This document shows positions 1-11,003 of a DNA stretch of 64,000 nucleotides, in pieces. The notes under the pieces are model-generated. The model was not told the DNA's origin. It searched no databases and worked only from the letters and a program-made list of their open reading frames with translations. The stretch is from positions 1 to 64,000 of the forward strand of contig JAKFBS010000004.1 in the NCBI GenBank assembly GCA_036677065.1. The letters are read 5' to 3'. This DNA comes from Bdellovibrio sp. Its GTDB lineage: Bacteria > Bdellovibrionota > Bdellovibrionia > Bdellovibrionales > Bdellovibrionaceae. The position numbers and the translations under genes are program-made. Every line of letters starts with the position of its first letter. Position 1 is the stretch's first letter.

Positions 1-1099
1 CAAGCTTCAGACAAAATTTTTATCTTCTAGTCTTTTTCTATCTATCTTTGCGCTTTTGGGCGTGGGATTAGTTCAGGTTTACAGTTCAAGTTACATTTTC
101 GCGATCGAATCTTACGGCGATGGCCTTTACTTTTTTAAGCGCCAAGCGATTTTTACAGTTCTAGGTATTATCGCTTTAGTTATGGCTGTGCAAATTCCTT
201 TCGAAAAAATTCGCAAGTGGGGTTGGCTTATTTGGGTCGCAGCCTCGGTGTTGTTACTGGCGACATTTATTCCTGGTCTTGGCGTGCGCGTGGGCGGAGC
301 TCTTCGCTGGATTCAATTACCGTTGGGTTTTCGTTTTGAGCCCTCTGAGTTATTAAAAATTGCTTTTAGCTTTTTAGTCGCAAGTATCGTTTGCAAAAAT
401 CAAAATGCATTACGTAATGTTAAAGCGGGCTGGCTGGGTTTAATTTTATTATTACCAATTTTAGTTTTATTAAAACAACCTGATTTCGGAAGTTTTGCGA
501 TCATCTTAGCTGTTGGCGTGGCGTTGTTATTTACTTTCGGTTTATCTATTCGATATTTATTTGCCTGTGGATTAGCCGCAATTCCGATGTTTTATTTCTT
601 GGTGTGGAATGTGGGGTACCGCAAAGCTCGCGTTCAGGCATTTTTAGATCCGTGGTCAGATCCGGCACAAAAAGGCTTTCAAGTTATTCAAAGTATGCTT
701 TCAATTCACTCTGGTGGGTTAACTGGCGAAGGTTTGGGCCAAAGCCAAGGTAAATTATTTTTCTTACCCGAAGCTCACACTGATTTTACCATGGCGATTT
801 TAGGTGAAGAAAATGGTTTCATTGGAATCTGTGCAGTTTTACTGTTATTTGGGTTTGTCGTGTTTCGTGGATTTCGTATTGCGATTAAAACCGAAGATTT
901 ATTTAAAAAGACTTTAGCTTTAGGTCTGACAATCACCTTTGCACTTTCAGTATTTATTAATGCCGGCGTGGTGATGGGATTATTGCCAACTAAAGGTTTA
1001 ACGATGCCATTTTTAAGTTACGGTGGTAGTTCGTTAGTAATTATTTGTCTTATGTTCGGTGTTTTACTAAATATCGAAGCTTCAGAAAATTACCGTTAG
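1..1099 (+). CDS. ftsW: Cell division protein FtsW (SEDS family), 5'-truncated by window edge
   Basis: Multi-TM protein with GALRWI, EPSELLK, QPDFG, LPEAHTDF and PFLSYGGSS motifs; directly upstream of murG. The frame is open from position 2, so the true start lies before the window. Confidence 0.95.
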   Translation, partial: KLQTKFLSSSLFLSIFALLGVGLVQVYSSSYIFAIESYGDGLYFFKRQAIFTVLGIIALVMAVQIPFEKIRKWGWLIWVAASVLLLATFIPGLGVRVGGALRWIQLPLGFRFEPSELLKIAFSFLVASIVCKNQNALRNVKAGWLGLILLLPILVLLKQPDFGSFAIILAVGVALLFTFGLSIRYLFACGLAAIPMFYFLVWNVGYRKARVQAFLDPWSDPAQKGFQVIQSMLSIHSGGLTGEGLGQSQGKLFFLPEAHTDFTMAILGEENGFIGICAVLLLFGFVVFRGFRIAIKTEDLFKKTLALGLTITFALSVFINAGVVMGLLPTKGLTMPFLSYGGSSLVIICLMFGVLLNIEASENYR

Positions 1100-1105
1100 G
1101 ATAGT

Positions 1106-2200
1106 ATGTCTGTTAAAAAAAATAAAATTATCATCGCAGGCGGGGGAACCGGTGGACACATCTATCCGGCGATCTCGATTGCAGAAGCCATCTTAAAAAA
1201 AGATGCCGCTGCTGATATTTTATTTGTGGGTACGCCCCAGGGCATGGAATCCCGTATTATTCCTAAAGCAGGCTACAAATTAAAATTAATCCAAAGCGGA
1301 AAATTAAACATGAAAGGTCAGATTTTTACTAAGCTTAAAACTTTGGTGAAAATTCCTTTCGGAATTTTGCAATCATTCTGGATTATTTTAACGTATCGTC
1401 CACAGTTTGTTCTGGGTGTGGGCGGTTATGCTTCTGCGCCCATGTTACTGGCGGCAATGCTTTGTGGTCGTAAGACGGCACTTTGGGAAGCCAATGCGCA
1501 TCCCGGAATGGCCAATCGTATATTATCTAAATTTATTTCTAAAGCTTACTTAGTTTTCGGCGAAGCTAAAAAGTCTATGTCTTCAAAACAAATGAATGTA
1601 TGGGGTATGCCTTTACGTTCTGAAATTGAAAGAATTTGTGAAACTAAATCTATCAAGGCGAATTCGACATTTACAATCATCTGCACCGGCGGAAGCCAAG
1701 GCAGTATGTTTTTGAATGATCGTTTAAGTGATTTAATTCTGCAAAACCCGCAATGGCATAACCAAATTAAAGTTTTTCATCAGACCGGTGTTCTGGATTT
1801 TAATCGTATTAAAAATAAATACGCAGGTTTAGCCTGTGTTGAAGTGATGGATTACATTTACGATATGCCAAGCTACTACCAACAAGCTGACATGCATTTT
1901 TGCCGGGGCGGAGCCGGGTCGATTACAGAAACTGCGGCTTTCGGTGTAGTTCCGGTGGTTGTACCACTTCCTGCAGCCGATAATCACCAGCAGCACAATG
2001 CTGAAGCGTTAGTGCGCGCTGAAGCTGGTTACATGTTATTACAAAAGCAATTTGATCAAGAGCAATTTAAAAAAATCATCACTGAATTAATGCAAAATTC
2101 TTTACTTAAAAGCAAAATGTCAAAAAATCTAAAGCAATTGGTTCCACTCAAAGCTTCTCATAAAATTGCGAATGATATTTTAGAAAGTATTCAACTATGA
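1106..2200 (+). CDS. murG: Lipid II GlcNAc transferase MurG
   Basis: GGGTGGHIYP, GGYAS and GGSQG motifs; dcw context. Confidence 0.97.
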   Translation: MSVKKNKIIIAGGGTGGHIYPAISIAEAILKKDAAADILFVGTPQGMESRIIPKAGYKLKLIQSGKLNMKGQIFTKLKTLVKIPFGILQSFWIILTYRPQFVLGVGGYASAPMLLAAMLCGRKTALWEANAHPGMANRILSKFISKAYLVFGEAKKSMSSKQMNVWGMPLRSEIERICETKSIKANSTFTIICTGGSQGSMFLNDRLSDLILQNPQWHNQIKVFHQTGVLDFNRIKNKYAGLACVEVMDYIYDMPSYYQQADMHFCRGGAGSITETAAFGVVPVVVPLPAADNHQQHNAEALVRAEAGYMLLQKQFDQEQFKKIITELMQNSLLKSKMSKNLKQLVPLKASHKIANDILESIQL

Positions 2201-3546
2201 AAATAGAAAAAGCCAAGTTTCATTTTATCGGTATCGGCGGCATCGGCATGTGTGGGTTAGCCGAATTACTTCACAACTCGGGAGCCGTAGTTACTGGGTC
2301 TGATGCCGGTGAAAATGCAAATACAGAACGCCTTAAAAACCTAGGGGTTAAAGTTTACAAAGGTCATCAGGCTGAAAATATTGTTGATATTGATGTGGTT
2401 GTTTATTCAAGCGCGATTCCATTTACTAATCCTGAAATTCGCGAAGCTAAAGCCCGATCAATTCCGTTAATTCCTCGAGCTGAAGCTTTAGCTGAAATTA
2501 TGCGTATCCGCCGTGGTATTGCGGTTGCTGGAACGCACGGTAAAACGACAACGACATCTATGATTTCTTCGATCTTTCTTGAAGCTGGTCAAAGCCCTAC
2601 AATTGTTGTGGGTGGCCGTTTTGAACGAATTAAATCTACAGCTATTTTAGGTAAAGGGGATTGGTTAATCGCAGAAGCCGATGAATCAGACGGAAGTTTT
2701 AATAAACTTTCTCCAGAGATTTCGATCATTACAAATATTGATTCAGATCATATGGATCATTACAAAACTTTTGAAAATCTTAAAAAAGCGTTTTTAGAGT
2801 TTGCTTACCGTGTTCCATTTTACGGTGCAGTCGTAGTGTTTGGTGATGATCCGATCACGCGCCAGCTTTTTGATAATTTTAATAAAAGAATTTTATTCTA
2901 CGGTTTTAATGAAAATAATGACTACGTTCTAAAAGGCGAAAAAGGTAATTACACTTTATCTAAAGCCGGAAAACTTTTAGGCAGTTTTAAAATTCAATTA
3001 CCAGGCCTACATAACGCTTTAAATGCAACAGCTTCAATCGTTGCGGCGATGGCTGCGGGAATTGACTTTGAATCTTGCGCTAAAGGTATTGAGCAATTTG
3101 AGGGTGTCGATCGTCGCTTTCACTTTAAGGGTGAAACTCACGGCATCAAAGTTTACGATGATTACGGCCATCATCCAACAGAAGTGCGCGCCACGTTGCA
3201 GGCTTTCAAAGAGAAATTTGATAAAAATAGGCTTGTGGTTTACTTTCAACCGCATCGTTATTCACGCACACAGCACTGCTGGCAAGATTTTAAAACCTGC
3301 TTCGTGCAAACTGATGTTTTATTATTAGGTGATGTCTACGCCGCAGGTGAGGCGCCAATTCCAGGAATTTCTTCTGAAAAACTGATTGAAGAGATGAATC
3401 AAAAAAATACTGTTCATGCGCCTAAGGCAGATCAGTTGCAAATGATCTTAAAAGAATTACGCGAAGGTGATGTGTTTTTAACTCTGGGTGCCGGCGATGG
3501 CTGGAAATTAGGTTTAGATGTCCTTGAAAATCTCGCAAAACGTTAA
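2197..3546 (+). CDS. murC: UDP-N-acetylmuramate--L-alanine ligase
   Basis: HFIGIGGIGM, GTHGKTTT, EADESD, DDYGHHPTE and FQPHRYSRT motifs. Confidence 0.97.
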   Translation: MKIEKAKFHFIGIGGIGMCGLAELLHNSGAVVTGSDAGENANTERLKNLGVKVYKGHQAENIVDIDVVVYSSAIPFTNPEIREAKARSIPLIPRAEALAEIMRIRRGIAVAGTHGKTTTTSMISSIFLEAGQSPTIVVGGRFERIKSTAILGKGDWLIAEADESDGSFNKLSPEISIITNIDSDHMDHYKTFENLKKAFLEFAYRVPFYGAVVVFGDDPITRQLFDNFNKRILFYGFNENNDYVLKGEKGNYTLSKAGKLLGSFKIQLPGLHNALNATASIVAAMAAGIDFESCAKGIEQFEGVDRRFHFKGETHGIKVYDDYGHHPTEVRATLQAFKEKFDKNRLVVYFQPHRYSRTQHCWQDFKTCFVQTDVLLLGDVYAAGEAPIPGISSEKLIEEMNQKNTVHAPKADQLQMILKELREGDVFLTLGAGDGWKLGLDVLENLAKR

Positions 3547-4411
3547 TCTTGCTGAATACACATCATGGATGGTCGGTGGTAACGCGGATCATTTCTGTTT
3601 GCCACAGACTCTTGAAGATTTAAAAGAGGCGATCAGCTATGCTAAAGAAAATAATTTGGCGATCACTATCTTAGGTGGCGGAACCAATGTTTTGGTTTCT
3701 GACGATGGCGTAGCTGGATTAACCATTTGTTTACGCAGGCTTTCTAAAATAGCTTCGTTTGAAAAAGACGGTAAACTTCATATTGAAGCTTTATCAGGTA
3801 CGGCAAAATCTGAATTATTAAAAACTTTCTTAAAACAGAAATTAGCTCCAGCTCTATTCTTAGCCGGTCTTCCGGGTGATGTTGGTGGTGGTGTGGTGAT
3901 GAACGCAGGTGTTGCTGAAGCTTTTGTGCCACGTGAGTTTATGGATTTGGTCGACTGGGTTGAAGTCATGACTTTAGATTTGCGGACTATTCGTCTGCAA
4001 AAAAATCAGCTCAACATTAAATACCGTCATACTGATGGCTGGCAGCCGCATATTATTGTGAATGTCGGCATGAGCTGGCCTCTCGAAACAGACACTACGA
4101 TCTTAGATAAAGTGCGCGAGGCGAATAAAATTCGTTTAAGCAAACAGCCTTTAGATATGCCTAGCTGTGGCTCGGTTTTTAAAAATCCTGAAGGGCATAA
4201 GGCCGCACAGCTTATCGATAGCACGGGCCTTAAGGGGTTTCGTGTCGGGGATGCGCAGGTTTCTCTAAAACATGCAAATTTCATCGTGAACCTAGAAAAA
4301 GCCACGGCGAAAAACATCTCTGATGTGATCGCACATGTGCAAAAGACTGTTGAAAAAGACAAGGGCGTAAAGCTCACCACCGAAGTCGTTCGTTTGGGCC
4401 GCTGGTCGTAA
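3518..4411 (+). CDS. murB: UDP-N-acetylenolpyruvoylglucosamine reductase
   Basis: GGGTN, MNAG, PSCGSVFKNP and KHANFIVN motifs; overlaps the murC end. Confidence 0.96.
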   Translation: MSLKISQNVNLAEYTSWMVGGNADHFCLPQTLEDLKEAISYAKENNLAITILGGGTNVLVSDDGVAGLTICLRRLSKIASFEKDGKLHIEALSGTAKSELLKTFLKQKLAPALFLAGLPGDVGGGVVMNAGVAEAFVPREFMDLVDWVEVMTLDLRTIRLQKNQLNIKYRHTDGWQPHIIVNVGMSWPLETDTTILDKVREANKIRLSKQPLDMPSCGSVFKNPEGHKAAQLIDSTGLKGFRVGDAQVSLKHANFIVNLEKATAKNISDVIAHVQKTVEKDKGVKLTTEVVRLGRWS

Positions 4412-4528
4412 GCGCAAAACTTCACACTAACGCAAAATTAAGCCGCGTCATTTGTTTATAGTGCAATCGCACTATGGGTATTCGTTTCATCATGAGACAT
4501 TTTTAATTATAATTTTTCACTTCTTAGC

Positions 4529-4556
4529 TCAACGTTGGTCTAGTACGCGCCGATAA
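4529..4556 (+). promoter_or_regulatory. Putative sigma28 (FliA) promoter of hpf
   Basis: TCAA-N16-GCCGATAA with a perfect sigma28 -10 box. Confidence 0.6.
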
Positions 4557-4581
4557 ATAAGTAACTCAAAGGAGACGCTCT

Positions 4582-4953
4582 ATGAAGTCGAACTATACGT
4601 TCAAACATCTCGATTACTCTGAATCACTGGTCAACTACACAAACGAGAAATTGGACGAAATCGGTAAATTCTTGCTTAAAGAAGGACGTTGTACAGTTTA
4701 TTACTGGAAAGACCATCACGAATTCCATTGTGAAGTGTCGATCAACTCGAAAGAGAAATTTTTTAAAGCTCATGGAACAGCTACCGATGTTTACGTCGCA
4801 GTTGATTTAATGATCGATAAAATGGAAAGACAATTCTTAAAAGTGAAAGAGATCTATCAAGATCATAAGAAATTTGATCTATCTAAAGAAGGTCGTATGA
4901 AAGAGATCAACGATCAGATGGAATATCTGCCTAAGGGGCGCAAAGTCGCTTAG
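4582..4953 (+). CDS. hpf: Ribosome hibernation promoting factor (HPF/RaiA family)
   Basis: N-terminal FKHLDYSESL..Y..EKL and D.Y.AVD..IDKMERQ pattern; AAGGAG RBS. Confidence 0.85.
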   Translation: MKSNYTFKHLDYSESLVNYTNEKLDEIGKFLLKEGRCTVYYWKDHHEFHCEVSINSKEKFFKAHGTATDVYVAVDLMIDKMERQFLKVKEIYQDHKKFDLSKEGRMKEINDQMEYLPKGRKVA

Positions 4954-4987
4954 TGTTCTTAGAAATTAGTTATTGAAACCAAAGCCC

Positions 4988-5026
4988 AAGCCCCGGTCGG
5001 CATAAAAGCGATCGGGGCTTTTTTTT
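4988..5026 (+). terminator. Rho-independent terminator after hpf
   Basis: AAGCCCCGGTCG...CGATCGGGGCTT stem followed by a T-run. Confidence 0.85.
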
Positions 5027-5190
5027 GCCTCGTCTTGAGATATTTAGCGCTCTTATTCACACAACATAATTATTGGAATGAAACACAGGCTTGTTATTAC
5101 CTTGTCGCGACCAAAGGCCTAGTATTCTGTTATCAAGTTGCAGAGTGATCTGCATCAGAGAAGAATTAAAGTATTCACAAGGAGTGTTAC

Positions 5191-5712
5191 ATGAAAAATT
5201 TAATTATGATTTGTTCTTTAGTGTTAGTAGGTCAGATTGCAAACGCAGGTGCGTTTGTTGAGCCGTATATTGGTATGACAACAGGTAAGTTTAAAGTAAC
5301 CGGTGCTTCTGACACCGACAGTAAAGGTACTGCTCTGGGTTTACGTGCGGGTTACCAAATGGTGATTCCTTGGATAGCTTTAGATGTTAAAATATTAAAA
5401 GGTTCAGCTGAAACAAATCCAGAATCTGATATGTCATTTACAGATGTTGGTATTACTGTTGGCGCGAGTGTTCCATTTGTTAGACCATTTATCGGATATA
5501 TTCCGGCAGCAAAAACTAAATTAGAAGCTAATGGCGCTAGCGATGAGTACGAAGGTTCAGCTTTAAAACTTGGTATCGGAATCAAAATTTTACCTTTAGT
5601 TGATATCAATATCGAGAAAGTTGACTACACATTTAAAGAAGTGGATGGCATCAGTTTGCCAGATAGTATCAAACACGAAACATTGATGATAGGCGTAGGA
5701 ATGACGTTCTAA
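5191..5712 (+). CDS. Small outer-membrane beta-barrel protein
   Basis: Signal peptide, alternating Gly/hydrophobic strands, C-terminal Phe (GVGMTF); AAGGAG RBS. Confidence 0.8.
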   Translation: MKNLIMICSLVLVGQIANAGAFVEPYIGMTTGKFKVTGASDTDSKGTALGLRAGYQMVIPWIALDVKILKGSAETNPESDMSFTDVGITVGASVPFVRPFIGYIPAAKTKLEANGASDEYEGSALKLGIGIKILPLVDINIEKVDYTFKEVDGISLPDSIKHETLMIGVGMTF

Positions 5713-5737
5713 TCTAGAACTGATCTAAGTTAAAAAC

Positions 5738-5773
5738 AAAAAAAAGCCAGGTTTTAACACCTGGCTTTTTTTA
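5738..5773. terminator. Bidirectional terminator between convergent genes
   Basis: A-run AGCCAGG TTTTAACA CCTGGCT T-run. Confidence 0.85.
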
Positions 5774-5795
5774 TTCCTAAAATCGAATTTAAAAA

Positions 5796-6263
5796 CTATT
5801 TAAAAATACAAGATAATGTGCGCTCATCTCCAGCGATGTACTCAACGAAAGTAAGTTGTACTGAATCTTTAGAATTCTTTTCGATTTTTACATCTTGGTA
5901 GCTGTCAGAAAAATCTTGTTTAATCGTAATACCTTTTTCAGTTTCGCTAACGTTGAATAAGATATCGCTTACGTATTCTTCAAAAATTAAGGCTTGAGCA
6001 TATTCATCAGCTGAAGATTTCATAGAAAGTTTTTCTTCGCCGGTTTTGGTGTTTATTGCTAATTCGCAGGCATTACCTTCTGTAGACACGCCTTGTTGTG
6101 TGCCTTCGGGTAGGCCGCCTTCACGTAATAACTGCATGAGTTGGCTTTTGTTCAAAAGTTTATCGGCAGGTGAAGCATCTGCTGCAAAAGAAACAGAATT
6201 TACTCCATAAACTAAAGTTAAACTTACGGTAAGCGTTTTAAGCGTTTGGGCTAATGTTTTCAC
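5796..6263 (-). CDS. Hypothetical secreted protein
   Basis: GTG start with AAGGAG RBS, signal peptide ending SFA, two Cys. Confidence 0.75.
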   Translation of the reverse strand: MKTLAQTLKTLTVSLTLVYGVNSVSFAADASPADKLLNKSQLMQLLREGGLPEGTQQGVSTEGNACELAINTKTGEEKLSMKSSADEYAQALIFEEYVSDILFNVSETEKGITIKQDFSDSYQDVKIEKNSKDSVQLTFVEYIAGDERTLSCIFK

Positions 6264-6446
6264 TCGAGAACTCCTTTGGGGTTAGGGTATTAAACACTGC
6301 CAACATACTATGCAAAAACGGTTTTGGGTGGGAATACTGCAACCCCTGAAGAAAAGTTAGAACTGTCCAAACCTTAGACATTGATTCCGCTCTAAAAATG
6401 CAGTAATTTTCAATAGTTTTTAACGAAGTATAAGGAATAGAAAAAG

Positions 6447-7616
6447 ATGAAAAATTATATTTTTACTAGCGAGTCAGTTTCTGAAGGTCACCCAGATAAA
6501 ATGGCGGATCAAATCAGTGATTCAATTCTTGATGCTATCTTAGCACAAGATCCTAAAGGCCGCGTTGCCTGTGAAACATTATTAACAACTGGTCTTATCG
6601 TTGTTGGCGGCGAAATTTCGACTTCTGCAAAAATTAATTTTACAGACATCGCTCGTGATGCTGTTAGACGCATTGGTTATGATCACTCAGATAAAGGTTT
6701 TGATTACAAAACTTGTGCGGTGATGATTGCTGTTGGTCAACAGTCTCCAGATATCGCTCAAGGTGTAAAAGACACTGGTTCTGACGAGCAAGGTGCTGGC
6801 GATCAAGGTTTAATGTTTGGTTATGCAACGAATGAAACTCCTGAGTTCATGCCTTTGTCGTTATCTTTATCTCACAAATTAGTTCAAGACTTAGCAGCGC
6901 TTCGTAAAGAAGGTCGCGTAAACTGGTTACGTCCTGATGCTAAATCTCAAGTTTCTATTCAGTACGAAAATGGCGTTGCTAAACGTATTGATACAATCGT
7001 TTTATCAACTCAACATGCTGATTCAGTTTCAAATGCTGATCTTAAAGCTTTCATCATGGAAGAACTTGTTAAAAAATCTATCCCATCTAAATGGGTTGAT
7101 AATAAAACTAAATTTCACATCAATCCAACTGGCCGTTTCGTAACTGGTGGTCCAATGGGTGATGCGGGTCTTACAGGTCGTAAAATCATCGTAGATACTT
7201 ACGGTGGTCACGGTGCTCACGGTGGTGGTGCATTCTCTGGTAAAGATCCTTCTAAAGTAGATCGTTCTGCGGCATATGCTGCTCGTCACGTAGCTAAAAA
7301 TATCGTAGCTGCTGGCTTAGCTGAGAAATGTTTAGTTCAGGTATCATATGCAATTGGTGTTGCTGAGCCGGTTTCTATTGCCGTAAACGATTACGGAACT
7401 TCAGTTGTTGGATCTGAAAGATTAGCTGAAGCGGTTAAAAAAGTTTGGGATCTACGCCCATCTCGCATCGTAAAAGAATTTGATTTATTAAAACCAATTT
7501 ATGTTCCGACAGCGGCTTATGGTCACTTCGGTCGCGAAGAAAACTTAGATAAAGGTTTCTTCTCTTGGGAAAAAGTAAACAAAATTGAACAATTAAAAGA
7601 AGCTGTAAAATCTTAA
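6447..7616 (+). CDS. metK: S-adenosylmethionine synthetase
   Basis: [19 protein letters not shown] and GGGAFSGKD motifs. Confidence 0.98.
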   Translation: MKNYIFTSESVSEGHPDKMADQISDSILDAILAQDPKGRVACETLLTTGLIVVGGEISTSAKINFTDIARDAVRRIGYDHSDKGFDYKTCAVMIAVGQQSPDIAQGVKDTGSDEQGAGDQGLMFGYATNETPEFMPLSLSLSHKLVQDLAALRKEGRVNWLRPDAKSQVSIQYENGVAKRIDTIVLSTQHADSVSNADLKAFIMEELVKKSIPSKWVDNKTKFHINPTGRFVTGGPMGDAGLTGRKIIVDTYGGHGAHGGGAFSGKDPSKVDRSAAYAARHVAKNIVAAGLAEKCLVQVSYAIGVAEPVSIAVNDYGTSVVGSERLAEAVKKVWDLRPSRIVKEFDLLKPIYVPTAAYGHFGREENLDKGFFSWEKVNKIEQLKEAVKS

Positions 7617-7640
7617 TGAGTATTAAGCCGGAGGCTTATT

Positions 7641-9449
7641 TTGAGTACCGATCCTAAGTATATTAGAAATTTTTCGATCATCGCCCACATTGACCACGGT
7701 AAATCTACTTTGGCCGATGCGCTGCTATCGTACACAGGTTCATTATCTGACCGTGAACAGAAAGATCAATTTCTGGATAATATGGATCTTGAGCGCGAGC
7801 GCGGAATCACAATTAAGGCGCAAACTGTGTGCCTTAGCTACCGTTCAACGGTTGATAAACAATTGTATCAATTAAATTTAATCGATACACCGGGGCACGT
7901 GGATTTTTCGTACGAAGTTTCTCGTTCTTTGGCAGCTTGTGAAGGCGCAATTCTAGTCGTTGATGCCGCACAAGGTGTTGAAGCGCAAACATTGGCTAAC
8001 GTTTATTTAGCGTTAGAAAATAATTTAGAAATCATTCCTGTTTTAAATAAAGTCGATCTTCCAACCGCTGATCCCGTTGGCGTAGCTAAGCAAATCGAAG
8101 ACACTGTTGGTCTTGATTGCACTGATATCGTTCATGCGTCTGCGAAAGAAAAGATCGGCATCGCTGAAATTCTTGAAGCGGTGATTGCGAAAGTTCCACC
8201 TCCTAAAGAAAATCGTTCTTCAATTTTACGCGGCTTAATTTTCGATTCATGGTTCGATGCTTATCAAGGCGTTGTAATCCTTGTTCGCGTAATGGAAGGC
8301 ATGATCAAAAAAGGCGATAAAATTAAATTCATGGCCACTGATCGTGATTATGAAGTTTTACGTATGGGTAAATACACTCCATTTCCAGATTTCGTTGATA
8401 ATCTAGATTCAGGCGAAGTGGGCTTTATCATTTGCGGTATTAAAGATATTCGCGATGTTAAAGTGGGCGATACGGTGACGTCGGCTAAAAATGGCGCAAC
8501 TGAACAATTGCCTGGTTTCCAAAAAGTTAAACCGATGGTTTTTGCAGGTATTTTCCCTGTGGTAGCCAGCGAATATCAAAATTTAAAAGATGCTTTAGAT
8601 AAATTATGTCTTAACGATTCTTCATTATCATTTGAAGTCGAAAAATCATTAGCTCTTGGTTTTGGTTACCGTTGCGGTTTCTTGGGCCTTCTGCACATGG
8701 AGATCGTGCAAGAGCGCTTAGAGCGCGAATTCAATTTAAATTTAATTACGACAGCACCTACGGTTGTTTATCGTATTACTAAAAACGACGGCACAGTTTT
8801 AATGTTAGAAAATCCATCAGGAATGCCTGATGAAACACAGATTCAGTTAATGGAAGAGCCTTACGTTAAAGTCACTCTCCATACGCCAACTGATTATATC
8901 GGAAGTCTTATCAAACTTTGCGAAGACAAACGTGGTATCCAGCAAAGAATGGAATACGTAAACGAGAAAAAAGTGATCATTGAATATCATCTACCGATGA
9001 ATGAAATGGTTATGGATTTCTATGATCGTTTAAAATCAATCACTAAGGGTTATGCCTCACTAGAGTATGAATTCTTAGATTTCCGTGAAGCTGATCTGGT
9101 TAAGATGGATATCTTAATCAACAGCGAACCAGTTGATGCTTTATCTATTATTATTCACCGCTCTAAAGCTGTGACGCGTGGTCGTCAGTTAGCTGAAAAG
9201 ATGAAAGAGCTTATCCCTCGTCAACAATACCAAGTGAATATTCAGGCTTCATTAGGAGCTAAGATTATTGCACGCGAGACATTAGGGGCCATCAGAAAAG
9301 ACGTGACGGCGAAATGTTATGGTGGTGACATATCTAGGAAGCGTAAATTATTAGAAAAACAAAAAGAGGGTAAAAAACGCATGAAGCAAATCGGCTCTGT
9401 CGATGTGCCTCAGGAAGCCTTCTTAGCAATTCTAAAAATCGAAGACTAG
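7641..9449 (+). CDS. lepA: Elongation factor 4 (LepA)
   Basis: [23 protein letters not shown] and [18 protein letters not shown] motifs. Confidence 0.98.
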   Translation: MSTDPKYIRNFSIIAHIDHGKSTLADALLSYTGSLSDREQKDQFLDNMDLERERGITIKAQTVCLSYRSTVDKQLYQLNLIDTPGHVDFSYEVSRSLAACEGAILVVDAAQGVEAQTLANVYLALENNLEIIPVLNKVDLPTADPVGVAKQIEDTVGLDCTDIVHASAKEKIGIAEILEAVIAKVPPPKENRSSILRGLIFDSWFDAYQGVVILVRVMEGMIKKGDKIKFMATDRDYEVLRMGKYTPFPDFVDNLDSGEVGFIICGIKDIRDVKVGDTVTSAKNGATEQLPGFQKVKPMVFAGIFPVVASEYQNLKDALDKLCLNDSSLSFEVEKSLALGFGYRCGFLGLLHMEIVQERLEREFNLNLITTAPTVVYRITKNDGTVLMLENPSGMPDETQIQLMEEPYVKVTLHTPTDYIGSLIKLCEDKRGIQQRMEYVNEKKVIIEYHLPMNEMVMDFYDRLKSITKGYASLEYEFLDFREADLVKMDILINSEPVDALSIIIHRSKAVTRGRQLAEKMKELIPRQQYQVNIQASLGAKIIARETLGAIRKDVTAKCYGGDISRKRKLLEKQKEGKKRMKQIGSVDVPQEAFLAILKIED

Positions 9450-9472
9450 GGGCTACTACGCCCGGGATTTTT

Positions 9473-10279
9473 ATGTCTGAAAAAAGCAAAGCCGAAAAGT
9501 ATAATGGCTGGGATTTCACAAACAAACTTTTTTGGACCGAAGGTTGGGGCTCGATGGCTCTGGCCATTTTGGCAGCTCTAACAATTCGTTGGTTATTATT
9601 AGAAGCTTACGTGATTCCATCGGGTTCAATGCTTCCCACTCTATTAGTTAATGATCATATTTTCGTAAACAAAATCACTTATGGTGTCCGTGTTCCATTT
9701 AGTGAAAACTGGTTAGTAAAATTTCGCGAACCAGAACGTGGCGAAATCGTAGTTTTTAAATATCCCGTAGATCCAAGCACATTTTTTATTAAACGAATTG
9801 TTGGTTTATCTGGCGATCGTATTAAGTTTGATAACGGTGCTTTATTCATTAATGGCGAGTTACAAGAAAAAATAGTTCCAAAAACGAATTGGAATTTTGA
9901 CTGGCTTCGTGAAGAGGATTTTTCAAGCAGCGATGGCATGTACAAAGATTCAAAATCAAATTACATCCACTTTTTCGAAGAACTTAATGACGGAAAAAAC
10001 GGTAAAATCGAACACAGTATTCTGATGAAAAAATCGCAAGTGATGGGTTTTTCAGGCGACGGTGAATGGGTTGTGCCTGAAGATAGCCTTTTTGTAATGG
10101 GTGATAATCGTTATAACTCGCATGATTCTCGTTTCTGGGGTTATATGCCTAAGAAAAACATCTTAGGCCGTGCAAGTTTTGTTTGGTTAAGCTGCGACGA
10201 AATGGTGCCGTTCATTCCAGTTATTTGTAATCCTTTAACAATCCGTTGGCGCAGATTCTTCCATAATGTCACTCATTAG
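9473..10279 (+). CDS. lepB: Signal peptidase I (copy 1)
   Basis: IPSGSMLPTL (Ser nucleophile), FIKRIVG (Lys), GDNRYNSHDSR; follows lepA. Confidence 0.93.
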   Translation: MSEKSKAEKYNGWDFTNKLFWTEGWGSMALAILAALTIRWLLLEAYVIPSGSMLPTLLVNDHIFVNKITYGVRVPFSENWLVKFREPERGEIVVFKYPVDPSTFFIKRIVGLSGDRIKFDNGALFINGELQEKIVPKTNWNFDWLREEDFSSSDGMYKDSKSNYIHFFEELNDGKNGKIEHSILMKKSQVMGFSGDGEWVVPEDSLFVMGDNRYNSHDSRFWGYMPKKNILGRASFVWLSCDEMVPFIPVICNPLTIRWRRFFHNVTH

Positions 10280-11003
10280 GCCTAAAAAAGGCCGGCAAGG
10301 TCGCTGGCCCAATGCGCTTTTACTGTTCTTTTTGCCTCTGATTTTATTTTTTTCATTTCGTTGGATCGTGCTTGAGACGTTTGTAATTCCGTCTGAAAGC
10401 ATGGTGCCGAATTTATTAATTCATGATCACATTTTGGTGCAAAAGTATGTTTACGGTTTAAAGCCCATCATGGGCGATGGCTGGCTGATTAATTGGTCAG
10501 AACCTAAACGTGGTGAAGTCGTGGTTTTTCGCTACCCAGATAATCGTGATGTCTTTTTTATTAAACGCTTAGTGGGTTTACCGGGTGATAAAATCGAAAT
10601 TAACGGCATGAATGTCAAAGTTAACGGCGAACTTTTAGATCTAAAAACTGTCGACAAACCCGAAAAAGAAATTACTTTTCGCGTCGCCTTCCAGCCTCCG
10701 GCCGAATATTACCGCGAAACTTTAGATGCTCATACTCACTTTGTGCGTTTTGAAGGTGAAGCCGCCTCCGCTATAGAATTACAGCCTAAAACTTTCGAAG
10801 TGGGCAAAGACAGTTATTTTGTGATGGGCGATAATCGCTACAATTCGCAAGATTCTCGTTTTTGGGGCAATTTACCTAAAGATTTACTGGTGGGGCGCGC
10901 GCGCTACATCTGGTTCAGCTGCGAAAAGATGTTAGAAGCGGCACCTTATATTTGTGATCCGTTAAGCTTGCGTCTTGAACGATTATTCAAGACAATAAAT
11001 TAA
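10266..11003 (+). CDS. lepB: Signal peptidase I (copy 2)
   Basis: IPSESMVPNL, FIKRLVG and GDNRYNSQDSR motifs. Confidence 0.9.
   Translation: MSLIRPKKGRQGRWPNALLLFFLPLILFFSFRWIVLETFVIPSESMVPNLLIHDHILVQKYVYGLKPIMGDGWLINWSEPKRGEVVVFRYPDNRDVFFIKRLVGLPGDKIEINGMNVKVNGELLDLKTVDKPEKEITFRVAFQPPAEYYRETLDAHTHFVRFEGEAASAIELQPKTFEVGKDSYFVMGDNRYNSQDSRFWGNLPKDLLVGRARYIWFSCEKMLEAAPYICDPLSLRLERLFKTIN

Noticed and set aside
6264..6446. SAM riboswitch upstream of metK
   Set aside because: I could not find SAM-I or SAM-II consensus elements
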